A stretch of 32,000 nucleotides of DNA from Pseudoxanthobacter soli DSM 19599 (GCF_900148505.1 NZ_FRXO01000001.1:860414-892413); one strand, 5' to 3'; positions 18,395-27,557 are shown, counted from the stretch's first letter. Translations and numbers: made by a program. The notes: generated by a model not told the origin, from the letters alone.

Positions 18395-19750
18395 ATGTTC
18401 TCGAAGATCCTCATCGCCAACCGCGGCGAGATCGCGCTGCGCATCCTGCGGGCCTGCAAGGAGCTCGGGGTCGCGACCGTCGCCGTGCATTCGACGGCCG
18501 ACGCCGACGCCATGCACGTCCGCCTCGCCGACGAGAGCGTGTGCATCGGCCCGCCGCAGGCGCGCGACAGCTATCTCAACATTCCCTCGCTGCTCGCCGC
18601 CTGCGAGATCACCGGTGCCGAGGCCGTTCACCCGGGCTACGGCTTCCTGTCGGAAAACGCCCGGTTCGCCGAGATCCTCGCCGCCCACGGCATCAAGTTC
18701 ATCGGGCCGAGCGCGGACCACATCCGCATCATGGGCGACAAGATCGAGGCCAAGCGCACCGCGAAGCGCCTCGGCCTGCCGGTTGTGCCGGGGTCCGAAG
18801 GCGAGATCCGTACCGAGGAAGAGGCCCGCCGGGTCGCCGCCGAGATCGGATTCCCGCTTTTGGTGAAGGCCGCCGCCGGCGGTGGCGGGCGCGGCATGAA
18901 GGTCGCGATGACCGAGAACGACCTCGATCACGCGCTCTCGACCGCCCGCTCGGAGGCTAAGGCCGCCTTCGGCGACGATGCCGTCTATCTCGAGCGCTAT
19001 CTCGGCAAGCCGCGCCACATCGAAATCCAGGTGTTCGGCGACGGCCAGGGCAATGCGGTCTATCTCGGCGAGCGCGATTGCTCGCTCCAGCGCCGGCACC
19101 AGAAGGTTTGGGAGGAGGCCCTCGCCCCGACCATCACCCAGGCCCAGCGCGAGCAGATCGGCGAGCGCGTCGCCGAGGCGATGCGCATCCTTCGCTACGA
19201 AGGCGCGGGCACCATCGAGTTCCTCTACGAGAATGGCGAGTTCTATTTCATCGAAATGAACACCCGCCTCCAGGTGGAACATCCGGTGACCGAGATGATC
19301 ACCGGCATCGATCTGGTTAACGAGCAGATCAAGGTGGCGTCGGGCGAGAAGCTCTCGTTCTCGCAGTCGGACGTGCGCTTCAACGGCCACGCCATCGAAT
19401 GCCGCATCAATGCCGAGGACCCGGCCACCTTCACGCCGTCGCCCGGCCGGATCACCTATTTCCATCCGCCCGGCGGCCTCGGCGTGCGCGTCGATTCGGG
19501 CGTGTATCAGGGCTATCTGATCCCGCCCTATTACGACAGCCTGATCGGCAAGCTGATCGTGCATGGCCGCAATCGCGAAGAGTGCATGAACCGGCTGCGA
19601 CGCTGCCTCGACGAGTTCGTCGTCGACGGCATCAACACCACGATCCCGCTGTTCCGGGCCCTGGTGAACGATCCGGATATCGCCTCCGGCAACTACGATA
19701 TCCACTGGCTCGAAGGCTTCCTCGCCCGGCAGGCCGCCGCCAAGGCGTGA
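18395..19750 (+). CDS. accC: Acetyl-CoA carboxylase biotin carboxylase subunit
   Basis: [25 protein letters not shown]...[15 protein letters not shown]...[11 protein letters not shown]...[18 protein letters not shown] 18395 follows the accB stop by 2 nt. Confidence 0.96.
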   Translation: MFSKILIANRGEIALRILRACKELGVATVAVHSTADADAMHVRLADESVCIGPPQARDSYLNIPSLLAACEITGAEAVHPGYGFLSENARFAEILAAHGIKFIGPSADHIRIMGDKIEAKRTAKRLGLPVVPGSEGEIRTEEEARRVAAEIGFPLLVKAAAGGGGRGMKVAMTENDLDHALSTARSEAKAAFGDDAVYLERYLGKPRHIEIQVFGDGQGNAVYLGERDCSLQRRHQKVWEEALAPTITQAQREQIGERVAEAMRILRYEGAGTIEFLYENGEFYFIEMNTRLQVEHPVTEMITGIDLVNEQIKVASGEKLSFSQSDVRFNGHAIECRINAEDPATFTPSPGRITYFHPPGGLGVRVDSGVYQGYLIPPYYDSLIGKLIVHGRNREECMNRLRRCLDEFVVDGINTTIPLFRALVNDPDIASGNYDIHWLEGFLARQAAAKA

Positions 19751-19790
19751 CCCCGGGGCCGACGGCTACCGCCGCCCTTCCGGCGGGCCG

Positions 19791-19844
19791 CCGGAGCCGT
19801 TGGCGAACCGACGGGTAATTCCGTCTGTTCGCGACCGGCTCCGG
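19791..19844. repeat. Long imperfect inverted repeat (24-nt arms, 21/24 paired, 6-nt loop)
   Basis: CCGGAGCCGTTGGCGAACCGACGG gtaatt CCGTCTGTTCGCGACCGGCTCCGG, paired by hand. No T-run follows. It lies in the accC-aat spacer. Confidence 0.7.
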
Positions 19845-19934
19845 TGCGGTACGCTGTTCCCGTTGCTGCCGACCCGATGATTCCGTCCGGCCGGCAGGCG
19901 TTCGGGGAGGCGACGGCATCCGGGAGCACTGCCC

Positions 19935-20609
19935 ATGAAGAACGACGCCGTCCTGGAAATCACGCCGCAGGTCCTGCTCAAGGCCTATGCGTGCGGCATC
20001 TTCCCGATGGCCGAGGCCGCGGACGATCCGAGCCTGTTCTGGATCGAGCCCGATCAGCGCGGCGTGCTGCCGCTCGACACCTTCCACATTCCCCGCCGGC
20101 TCGCCCGCACCGTCCGGCAGGACGTGTTCGAGGTCCGCGTCGACCATGATTTCGACGCCGTGATCGAGGCCTGCGCGGAACCGGCGCCCGGACGCCGCAA
20201 GACCTGGATCAGCCGCCGCATCCGCCGGCTCTACCGCGACCTGTTCGATATCGGACACTGCCACACCGTGGAATGCTGGGAAGGCGGGCGTCTCGTCGGG
20301 GGGCTTTACGGTGTCAGGCTCGGCCTCGCCTTCTGCGGCGAGAGCATGTTTTCGCGCGAGCGGGATGCCTCGAAGGTCGCGCTTGTCCACCTCGTCGCGC
20401 GGCTCGTCGCAGGTGGCTTCACCCTGCTCGACACCCAGTTCATCACCGAGCATCTGAGCCGGTTCGGCGCCGTGGAAATCGGGCGGCGCGACTATCAGGC
20501 CCGGCTCGATGCGGCCATGCTGGGGATCGGCGATTTCGAGCGCCTGCCGCATGACGCGAGCGGCGCCGAGGTGCTCGCCGTGATCGAACGGTATCAGTGC
20601 GCTTCGTAA
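19935..20609 (+). CDS. aat: Leucyl/phenylalanyl-tRNA--protein transferase
   Basis: [19 protein letters not shown]...[28 protein letters not shown]...[29 protein letters not shown] is the conserved Aat pattern. Confidence 0.92.
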   Translation: MKNDAVLEITPQVLLKAYACGIFPMAEAADDPSLFWIEPDQRGVLPLDTFHIPRRLARTVRQDVFEVRVDHDFDAVIEACAEPAPGRRKTWISRRIRRLYRDLFDIGHCHTVECWEGGRLVGGLYGVRLGLAFCGESMFSRERDASKVALVHLVARLVAGGFTLLDTQFITEHLSRFGAVEIGRRDYQARLDAAMLGIGDFERLPHDASGAEVLAVIERYQCAS

Positions 20610-20760
20610 CGGCACGATAGCGTCCGGCCATAGGGAAAAACGCGCCCGGCAATCGCCCCGCAATGAAGCGGCCGCCCACGCCCTGATGAGGCTGCTCACG
20701 CGGTGGACCACCGAAGGGTTTTATCCCGCCTTTGCCACCGCTCCCCGCAATAGCGGGGGA

Positions 20761-21564
20761 TCAGTCTTCCGGCTGATCGGTGCTCGGCTGGTCCTGATCG
20801 GTCCCGCCGCCGACCTCGGTGCCGGCGCCGCCCATGGTCGGCTTCGGCAACGGCTCGGAGACCCAGCCTTCCGGACGGGGAATGAGATCGAGGCCTTCCT
20901 TGGTGAAGCGGCTGGCATCGAAGCCGTCCGGCGGAGGCACCTCGGAGGAGACGCGGCAATCCGTCAGCCACACGTCGTAGATCGGGTGATCGACGGCGTT
21001 GAGACCCGGGCTAGCAGCGAACATCCACCCGGTGAAGATGCGGCGGACCTGATTGTCGAGAGTGATCTCGTCGACCTCGAGGAAGGCGTCGGTTCGCGGC
21101 GCTTCGGTCGACGGGCGCGAGTAGCAGGCGCGCGGCGTCACCCTGAGGGCGCCGAACTGCACGGTCTCGTCGATATAGGCATCGAAAGAGATGATGCGGC
21201 CGGTGATCTTGTCGAGGCCGGAGAACACCGCCACGGGGTTCGAAAGCCGGGTTTCCTGGGGCGGCGCGGCCTGGGTCGTCGGGTCAGGCTGGGGCTGAGG
21301 CGCGGGCTGCTGCGGTGCGGGCTGGGGCGCGGCCTGCGGAGCGGGCTGGCCCTGCGGCATCGGCTGGCCCTGCGGCGCCTGCTGATCAAGGGGCATCGGC
21401 TGACCGAGAGGGACCGGCTGACCGAGGGGCACCGGCTGGCCTGGTGCCGGCGCCATCTCGCCCTGCATCGGCGGATCGGAGAACGCCTGAGCGAAGGCGG
21501 CATTGGCCGAAAGCACGGACATGCCGGCGCCTGCGACGCACAGCGCCGTGCCGAGCCCCGCCAT
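20761..21564 (-). CDS. DUF2155 domain protein with N-terminal Pro/Gln-rich repeat region (secreted)
   Basis: Within ORF 20761-21681. FSGLDKITGRIISFDAYIDETVQFGALRVTPRACYSRP...FLEVDEITLDNQVRRIFTGWMFAASPGLNAVDHPIYDVWLTDC matches the DUF2155 core. Start is the ATG complementary to 21562-21564; in-frame GTG at 21600 would add a more typical K/R-containing signal n-region. Confidence 0.8.
   Translation of the reverse strand: MAGLGTALCVAGAGMSVLSANAAFAQAFSDPPMQGEMAPAPGQPVPLGQPVPLGQPMPLDQQAPQGQPMPQGQPAPQAAPQPAPQQPAPQPQPDPTTQAAPPQETRLSNPVAVFSGLDKITGRIISFDAYIDETVQFGALRVTPRACYSRPSTEAPRTDAFLEVDEITLDNQVRRIFTGWMFAASPGLNAVDHPIYDVWLTDCRVSSEVPPPDGFDASRFTKEGLDLIPRPEGWVSEPLPKPTMGGAGTEVGGGTDQDQPSTDQPED
21343..21450. 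repeat. 18-bp periodic tandem repeats encoding (Q/G)QP-x-P-x hexapeptides
   Basis: Successive 18-mers: GGGCTGGCCCTGCGGCAT / CGGCTGGCCCTGCGGCGC / ... / CGGCTGACCGAGAGGGAC / CGGCTGACCGAGGGGCAC / CGGCTGGCCTGGTGCCGG. On the minus strand they encode GQPVPLGQPVPLGQPMPLDQQAPQGQPMPQGQP. Confidence 0.7.
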
Positions 21565-21770
21565 ACGGATATTTGCCAATCCCGCGCGCCCTGCTTTCAC
21601 CGCACCACTCACGCTCGCAACACTCCGGCCGTCCCGCCGATTCCGTCCCCTTACCACCGCGTCGCGTTGCGGGCAAAGCATCCAGCCGCCGGTAAGAAGA
21701 CACCGCGTTCATTATCGGCGTTATCCGGCCGGACTGTGGCGTTCCTGCCGATGACGCCCGTCGGTCACGG

Positions 21771-22703
21771 CTATACCGCGCGCTGCAGCGGACGAGCGCC
21801 CTTTGCCCCCTTCGGCGCCAGCGCATCGCGAACCAGTGCGGCGAACTCGCGGAAGTCCTTCGTGCGACGGCTCGAACGGCGCCACACCAGCCCGACGGTT
21901 CGGCTCGGCTGCGGATCGCGGAACGGCAGCACCGAAATGCGGGGATCCCCCGCGACACCGCTGCGGACCGCGATCTCCGGCAGCAACGTCACGCCGTAGC
22001 CGTTCGCCACCATCTGCACGATGGTGGCAAGGCTCGTGGCACCGAACTCGTTGCGGACCACAGGATTGATCGCGCGGCAATAGGTCAGCGCCTGCTCGCG
22101 CAGACAGTGGCCCTCCTCCAGCAGCAGCAACCGCTCCTGCGCGAGCGTCGACACATCGGCAAGTTCCGCCTCGGCGCGTCCGGCATTGCGCCGCGTCGCC
22201 AGCAGGAAGCGGTCCTCGAACAGCGGCGCCTCGATCAGGCCGGTGCCTTCCGCCGGCAGGGCCACCACCACGGCGTCGAGCCGACCGGCGACAAGATCCT
22301 CCGTCAGGAGGCCGGTCAGCGCCTCACGGATTTCCAGATCGAGCGCCGGATGCCGACGGTGGATCTCCGGCAGAACCGCCGGCAGCAGGTATGGCGCGAC
22401 CGAAGGAATGATGCCGAGGCGCAGCCTGCCGCCGAGCCCGGTTTCCTGCCGCCGGATCACTTCCACGAGATCGCCGACATCCTCAAGGACGGCGCGGGCG
22501 CGGCGGGCGCATTCCAGCCCCGCATCGGTGATGACGATCCGCCCGGGATGACGCTCGACGAGCGCCGTGCCCAGAAACGCCTCCAGGTCCCTGATTTGCT
22601 GGGACAGTGCAGGCTGCGTGACGGCACATTCCGCCGCCGCCCGGCCGAAATGGCCGTGGCGCGCGAGGGCATCGAAATAGCGGAGCTGTCGCAAGGTGAC
22701 CAT
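21771..22703 (-). CDS. oxyR: LysR-family hydrogen peroxide-sensing transcriptional regulator OxyR
   Basis: [41 protein letters not shown] (LysR HTH). [20 protein letters not shown] retains both redox cysteines (E. coli C199/C208 equivalents). It is divergent from a catalase gene. Confidence 0.88.
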   Translation of the reverse strand: MVTLRQLRYFDALARHGHFGRAAAECAVTQPALSQQIRDLEAFLGTALVERHPGRIVITDAGLECARRARAVLEDVGDLVEVIRRQETGLGGRLRLGIIPSVAPYLLPAVLPEIHRRHPALDLEIREALTGLLTEDLVAGRLDAVVVALPAEGTGLIEAPLFEDRFLLATRRNAGRAEAELADVSTLAQERLLLLEEGHCLREQALTYCRAINPVVRNEFGATSLATIVQMVANGYGVTLLPEIAVRSGVAGDPRISVLPFRDPQPSRTVGLVWRRSSRRTKDFREFAALVRDALAPKGAKGARPLQRAV

Positions 22704-22706
22704 GGC

Positions 22707-22723
22707 GATAAGAATATCTTATC
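22707..22723. promoter_or_regulatory. LysR/OxyR-type operator candidate in the oxyR-katA divergent region
   Basis: GATAAGA-ATA-TCTTATC has 7-bp perfect inverted arms. It contains ATAAG-N5-CTTAT (T-N11-A type, resembling the ATAG-N7-CTAT OxyR half-site pair). It is the most AT-rich spot of the 102-bp spacer. Confidence 0.5.
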
Positions 22724-22805
22724 GGCCGCGCGATACAATCGAATTAGACCTGATCCAATCAGCCGTGCATCCTGCCGCCAGTCCAGCCACCGAGGAGGCA
22801 GCGGC

Positions 22806-24266
22806 ATGACCCGTCCGACATTGACCACGACCGGAGGCGCGCCGGTCGCCGACAACCAGAACTCCATCACCGCCGGTCCGCGCGGTCCGGTGCTTCTGGA
22901 AGATTTCCAGCTGATCGAGAAGCTGGCGCATCAGAACCGTGAGCGCATTCCCGAACGCGTGGTGCACGCCAAGGGTTCCGCCGCTTTCGGCACCCTGGTC
23001 GTCACCCACGACATCTCCGCCTACACCAAGGCGAAGGCGCTGCAGCCCGGCGCCACGACCGACATGCTGCTGCGGTTCTCCACCGTGGCGGGCGAGCGCG
23101 GCGCGGCGGATGCCGAACGCGACGTGCGCGGTTTCGCGCTGAAATTCTACACCGAGGAAGGCAACTGGGATCTCGTCGGCAACAACACGCCCGTGTTCTT
23201 CGTGCGCGATCCGCTGAAGTTCCCGGACTTCATCCACACCCAGAAGCGCCATCCGAAGACCAACATGCGCTCGCCAACTGCGATGTGGGATTTCTGGTCG
23301 CTGTCGCCGGAGAGCCTGCATCAGGTTACGATCCTGTTCTCCGACCGCGGCCTGCCGGACGGCTATCGCTTCATGCACGGCTTCGGCTCCCACACCTATG
23401 CGCTGATCAACGCGGCGAACGAGCGGGTGTGGGTGAAGTTCCACTTCAAGAGCCAGCAGGGCATCAAGAACCTCACCAATGCCGAGGCGGAAGCCATCGT
23501 CGCCAAGGATCGCGAGAGCGCCCAGGCCGACCTGTTCCATGCCATCGAGCGCGGCGAGTTCCCGCGCTGGTCGCTCAAGATCCAGGTCATGACCGAGGAG
23601 CAGGCCGACCAGACGTCGTATAATCCGTTCGACCTGACCAAGGTCTGGCCGCACAAGGAATTCCCGCTCATCGACGTCGGCTATATCGAGCTCAACCGAA
23701 ATCCGGAGAACTATTTCGCCGAGGTGGAGCAGGCCTCGTTCTCGCCCTCGAACGTGGTGCCGGGCATTTCGTTCTCGCCCGACAAGATGCTGCAGGCGCG
23801 GATCTTCTCCTACGCGGATGCCCATCGCTACCGCGTCGGCACGCATTACGAGCAGCTTCCCGTCAACCGGCCGCGCTGCCCGGTGCACACCTACCACATG
23901 GACGGGCCGATGCGTTTCGATGCCCCGAAGGGCACCGACGCCTATTATGAGCCAAACTCGTTCGGTGGCCCGGTGGAAGACAAGACCGTGGCGGAACCTC
24001 CGCTCAAGCTCCATGGCGACGCCGCCCGCTACGACCACCGCGAGGGCAACGACGACTACACGCAGCCCGGCAACCTGTTCCGCCTGATGACGCCGGCCCA
24101 GAAGCAGGCGCTGTTCCAGAACATCGCCGCCGCGATGAATGGTGTGCCGAAGGACATCATCGAGCGCCAGGTCGCGCACTTCTGGCGCGCGGACCCGGAA
24201 TACGGCATCGGCGTCGCCCGCCTCACCGGCACCCGCGTGCCCGGCGAGATCCAGGCCGCGGAATAA
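22806..24266 (+). CDS. katA: Monofunctional heme catalase (small-subunit, ~486 aa)
   Basis: Within ORF 22107-24266. [98 protein letters not shown] and [14 protein letters not shown] (proximal Tyr region). Start at ATG 22806. Confidence 0.95.
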   Translation: MTRPTLTTTGGAPVADNQNSITAGPRGPVLLEDFQLIEKLAHQNRERIPERVVHAKGSAAFGTLVVTHDISAYTKAKALQPGATTDMLLRFSTVAGERGAADAERDVRGFALKFYTEEGNWDLVGNNTPVFFVRDPLKFPDFIHTQKRHPKTNMRSPTAMWDFWSLSPESLHQVTILFSDRGLPDGYRFMHGFGSHTYALINAANERVWVKFHFKSQQGIKNLTNAEAEAIVAKDRESAQADLFHAIERGEFPRWSLKIQVMTEEQADQTSYNPFDLTKVWPHKEFPLIDVGYIELNRNPENYFAEVEQASFSPSNVVPGISFSPDKMLQARIFSYADAHRYRVGTHYEQLPVNRPRCPVHTYHMDGPMRFDAPKGTDAYYEPNSFGGPVEDKTVAEPPLKLHGDAARYDHREGNDDYTQPGNLFRLMTPAQKQALFQNIAAAMNGVPKDIIERQVAHFWRADPEYGIGVARLTGTRVPGEIQAAE

Positions 24267-24282
24267 GCACACGTCAACGGCG

Positions 24283-24300
24283 GGGCGGAGAAATCCGCCC
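24283..24300 (+). terminator. Hairpin after katA (terminator candidate without a U-run)
   Basis: GGGCGGA-gaaa-TCCGCCC (7 bp, GNRA loop), 17 nt after the katA stop, followed by TGCCCC. Confidence 0.35.
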
Positions 24301-24450
24301 TGCCCCTCCACATCGCCGGTTCGCTGGCGACGGTCTCCCGGCCAGCCCGGCTCGCCATCGCAGCGGCCCGCATTTCACCCCGCCTTAATTTTCTTCGTCG
24401 ACGATGCAGTTTGGACGCGCGCACGGCGCGAACGCACCGAGGACGAAGCC

Positions 24451-25437
24451 ATGGATGCCGGCGCCAACCATGCCGAAGCCCGCCTGCCGAGGGACGATCG
24501 CGGCCCCGGCGGCAGCAATGCGCTCGAAGGTGGCCTGAACCCCAGCCTTGAGGCCGCCTTCGCGGCCGTCGATGGCGCGCAGCGCGAGATTTCCGATCTC
24601 GTCACGCGTCAGACCGGCGGCCTCGCCTCGGGAGAGGCCGCGGCCCTGGTCGACATCGTCGACACCGTGACGGACGTGCTCGACCAGCAGATCGAGACGC
24701 TCCGGGCGCTGCGCGTGGCCATAACCGGCCCGCTGCTCGACCAGCTCTCGCATGAAGGACCGACGGCTCATGCCGTCGCGGCCACCATCGTCGCGCTGAT
24801 GGACAAGCTCGAGACCGCGGACCGCGGCGCCCGGCGCCTTGCGACCGCGTTGTGCGACCACCGCGCCGAACTCGCGGATTTGATCACGCCCCCCGACGCC
24901 GACCCGATACTGCCGCCCGACGACGAACCGATGCCGGAACGGCCGGTGTTCGACCGCGCCATCGCGACCGCCGTGCGTTGTGCCGTCGAAACCGACCGTC
25001 GCCTTGCCGTGCTCATCGTCGGCGTCGACCGCTTCGCGGAGATCGAGGCCTCGGACGGCACGGTTGCTACCGAAGCCGCCCTCACCGCCGTGGGCCGCAC
25101 GCTCGTCGCGGGGGTTGCCGACCTCGGCGTGGTCTACCGCTATTCGGCGGACATGTTCGCGGTGATCCTGCCGGACAGCAACCTGCGCCAGGCCGTCGCC
25201 GTCGGCGAGCACCTGAGGCGGGGGATCGCCCATCAGGCGGACGTGCCCGAACTCGGCCGCGACGGCGAACGGCTGTCGATCTCCGTCGGCGCGTCGGCCC
25301 TCTCGCACGAGGACGATGTGGCGAGCCTGATGGAGCGGGTCTCGTGCTGCCTCGGCGAGGCGCAATGGGCCGGCGGCGACCGCGTGATGTGCGAGACCGA
25401 TCCCGACTTCGACATCGACCTGCGCCGGAGGGGCTGA
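24451..25437 (+). CDS. GGDEF-fold protein with degenerate active site (SADMF instead of GGDEF) and an uncharacterised helical N-terminal region
   Basis: Within ORF 24139-25437. LAVLIVGVDRFAEIEASDGTVATEAALTAVGRTLVAGVADLGVVYRYSADMFAVILPDSNLRQAVAVGEHLRR...LSISVGASAL...EAQWAGGDRV aligns by eye to the GGDEF domain pattern. GAGGA RBS lies 8 nt before ATG 24451. Confidence 0.7.
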   Translation: MDAGANHAEARLPRDDRGPGGSNALEGGLNPSLEAAFAAVDGAQREISDLVTRQTGGLASGEAAALVDIVDTVTDVLDQQIETLRALRVAITGPLLDQLSHEGPTAHAVAATIVALMDKLETADRGARRLATALCDHRAELADLITPPDADPILPPDDEPMPERPVFDRAIATAVRCAVETDRRLAVLIVGVDRFAEIEASDGTVATEAALTAVGRTLVAGVADLGVVYRYSADMFAVILPDSNLRQAVAVGEHLRRGIAHQADVPELGRDGERLSISVGASALSHEDDVASLMERVSCCLGEAQWAGGDRVMCETDPDFDIDLRRRG

Positions 25438-25474
25438 GGCCTCTCGGTCGCCAACAGGCCACGCGTCAGTCCTT

Positions 25475-25524
25475 CTTACGCTTCCGGGATTTCGGCTTGC
25501 TTACGCTTGCGGGATTTCGGCTTG
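25475..25524. repeat. Head-to-tail 25-bp tandem duplication (24/25 identical)
   Basis: 25475-25499 CTTACGCTTCCGGGATTTCGGCTTG; 25500-25524 CTTACGCTTGCGGGATTTCGGCTTG. Confidence 0.95.
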
Positions 25525-25844
25525 GTGGGGTTGCGCGCGGCAGCGGCGCGGGCGCGCTCGACCCAGGGCCGCATCTCGTCGCGGTCGTCCAGGGCCTCCT
25601 CGGGAATGCGCCAATAGGGCAGTTGGACGATGCGGCCGGACGCTTCGTAGACGAACTGCCGCGATCCCGCAGCCTCGAACGCAGGAGCCGTTTGCCCGTC
25701 CGCCTTGAGATAGAGCGTATCGTCGCTGAGGACGAGCGCGATGATCGCGCCGTCCAGATAGAGCGCCTGCCCACCGAACATGCGGCGGATGGAGACGCGC
25801 CCGAAGGGCTCGAAAAGGTCGCGGAGATAATCTTCGTCGAGCAT
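25476..25844 (-). CDS. TfoX/Sxy N-terminal-domain family protein (C-terminus altered by the 25-bp duplication)
   Basis: MLDEDYLRDLFEPFGRVSIRRMFGGQALYLDGAIIALVLSDDTLYLKAD is the TfoX_N pattern. 122 aa. Confidence 0.75.
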   Translation of the reverse strand: MLDEDYLRDLFEPFGRVSIRRMFGGQALYLDGAIIALVLSDDTLYLKADGQTAPAFEAAGSRQFVYEASGRIVQLPYWRIPEEALDDRDEMRPWVERARAAAARNPTKPKSRKRKQAEIPEA

Positions 25845-25862
25845 CCCCGCCCCTCTCTGCGA

Positions 25863-26534
25863 TCAGTCCGCCCGATCGAGGCCCATCTGCCAGAAATCGG
25901 CTTCCAGCCGGGTCGCGGTGCGGAAGATGCCGGTCAGCCGCTCCAGCCGGGCCATCGAGACGCGTGGCAAGGCGATGCGGTCGAGATCCGCCTTGGCCTG
26001 CTCGGCGATCGCCTGATAGCCGTCTCCGGCATATTCCGCGATCCAGGCGGCATAAGGATTGCCGGGATCGAGCGCCCCCGGGACAGCCGCGAGCGAGCGA
26101 CCGATCTCGCCGTAGCCGATCAGGCACGGCGCCATTGCCACATAGAGATCGAGCAGGTCGCCCTTGAAGCCGGTATCGAGCACATAGCGGGTATAGGCGA
26201 CGGTGGCGAGCGCCTCTGGCGCTCGCTCCAGCACGTCCTGGCCGATGCCCCAGCCAGCGCAAAGCCGCACGTGCAGCGCCATTTCCGTCTCGAGCAGCGC
26301 ATCGAGACCGGCATTGGCAATGCGCATCTCATCGAGCGTCTCGCTCTTGTAAATCGCGAGCGCCTTGGCGCGGGCGAACGCGATGAGAAACAGATAGTCT
26401 TGGACGAGATAGTGCTGGAACGATGCCAGCGGCAGGGACCCATCGCCGATGGCCTTGACGAATGGATGCTCGACATAGGCCCGCCATTCCGGTGTGCAGG
26501 CTTCCTTCAGGGCGTCGAAAAGGTTGCTGGACAT
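25863..26534 (-). CDS. tenA: TenA/thiaminase-II family protein (aminopyrimidine aminohydrolase-like, heme-oxygenase-like fold)
   Basis: Within ORF 25863-26549. HPFVKAIGDGSLPLASFQHYLVQDYLFLIAFARA...YVAMAPCLIGYGEIG carries the catalytic Cys of the TenA_C class. Start is the ATG complementary to 26532-26534. Confidence 0.75.
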   Translation of the reverse strand: MSSNLFDALKEACTPEWRAYVEHPFVKAIGDGSLPLASFQHYLVQDYLFLIAFARAKALAIYKSETLDEMRIANAGLDALLETEMALHVRLCAGWGIGQDVLERAPEALATVAYTRYVLDTGFKGDLLDLYVAMAPCLIGYGEIGRSLAAVPGALDPGNPYAAWIAEYAGDGYQAIAEQAKADLDRIALPRVSMARLERLTGIFRTATRLEADFWQMGLDRAD

Positions 26535-26569
26535 CGGCCCCCCGGGCACTCACGAAAGAACACACGATC

Positions 26570-26590
26570 GGGCGGGCCGCCCCCGGCCCG
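26570..26590 (-). terminator. All-GC 9-bp hairpin between sufA and tenA (terminator/attenuator candidate)
   Basis: Minus strand: GGCGGGCCG-ggg-CGGCCCGCC, 12 nt after the sufA stop, followed by GAUCGUGUGUUCUUUCGUG. Confidence 0.35.
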
Positions 26591-26601
26591 CCGACGCAGG
26601 A

Positions 26602-27003
26602 TCAGGCCTCCAGCGCCGCCGGATCTGCCGCCTTGAGCGAAACCGACTCACCGCAGCCGCAGGCCGACACCTGGTTCGGATTCTCGAACACGAACGTGGC
26701 CGCAAGCTTGGTGACGCGGAAATCCATCGTGGTGCCGAGGAGGAACAGAACCGCCTTCGGATCGACGAACACACGCCCGCCCTCGAAGTCGATCACCTCG
26801 TCGCCGGCGCCCGGCTCGGCGACGACATCCATGGTGTAGGACATGCCGGCGCAGCCGCCGTTGCGCACGCCGACCCTGAGGCCGCCGCCCGGAAGATCGG
26901 CATTCTCCAGAATCTCGCTGACCCGCTCGGCCGCGGCCGTCGTCACGGACATCACCGCAAGCCTGCGGCGCGGACGGGCGGTGGTATTGGCTGGAGCGTT
27001 CAT
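26602..27003 (-). CDS. sufA: A-type iron-sulfur cluster carrier (SufA/IscA/ErpA family)
   Basis: Within ORF 26602-27060. GLRVGVRNGGCAGMSYTMD...FENPNQVSACGCGESV has the three conserved cysteines. Start is the ATG complementary to 27001-27003; Met 17 (MSVTT) is an alternative. Confidence 0.88.
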   Translation of the reverse strand: MNAPANTTARPRRRLAVMSVTTAAAERVSEILENADLPGGGLRVGVRNGGCAGMSYTMDVVAEPGAGDEVIDFEGGRVFVDPKAVLFLLGTTMDFRVTKLAATFVFENPNQVSACGCGESVSLKAADPAALEA

Positions 27004-27101
27004 GTCGTCGTTCTCCGCTTCACCGGCAAACCTCCCACCTGCGCGGAAGGCCCGGGACAAGGGGAAGAGCGGGCCGCAAGGCCCACCGCGACCCCGTTTG
27101 C

Positions 27102-27545
27102 TCAGTACCAGTCGAGCGCGACCCGCGCTTCCTCGGACATCCGGCTCGGATCCCAGGGCGGATCGAACACCATGTTCACCTTCACGTCGCCGACACCCTC
27201 GACGGTGTTGACCGCGTTTTCCACCCAGCCCGGCATTTCGCCGGCGACCGGACAGCCCGGCGCGGTGAGTGTCATGTCGATGAGCACGGTGCGGTCGTCG
27301 TCGATGTCGATCTTGTAGATCAGGCCGAGCTCGTAGATGTCCGCCGGGATTTCCGGATCGTACACCGTCTTCAGCGCGGCGATGATGTCGTCGGTGATCC
27401 GCTCCAGCTCGGGAACGGGAATCGCTGAGGCGAGCGATGCAGCTGCGGCGGCCACGGCCTCGTCAGAGGGACCATGGGCCGGCACCGCACCGGATTCGCT
27501 CGCTGTCAGGTCGCCGGTCTTAACGGCGGCTGCGCCATCGTCCAT
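27102..27545 (-). CDS. sufT: SUF-associated DUF59/MIP18 family Fe-S assembly protein (SufT-like)
   Basis: IIAALKTVYDPEIPADIYELGLIYKIDIDDDRTVLIDMTLTAPGCPVAGEM is the DUF59 core with its conserved Cys. It lies between sufS and sufA. Confidence 0.85.
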   Translation of the reverse strand: MDDGAAAVKTGDLTASESGAVPAHGPSDEAVAAAAASLASAIPVPELERITDDIIAALKTVYDPEIPADIYELGLIYKIDIDDDRTVLIDMTLTAPGCPVAGEMPGWVENAVNTVEGVGDVKVNMVFDPPWDPSRMSEEARVALDWY

Positions 27546-27557
27546 CGCGCCACTCCG

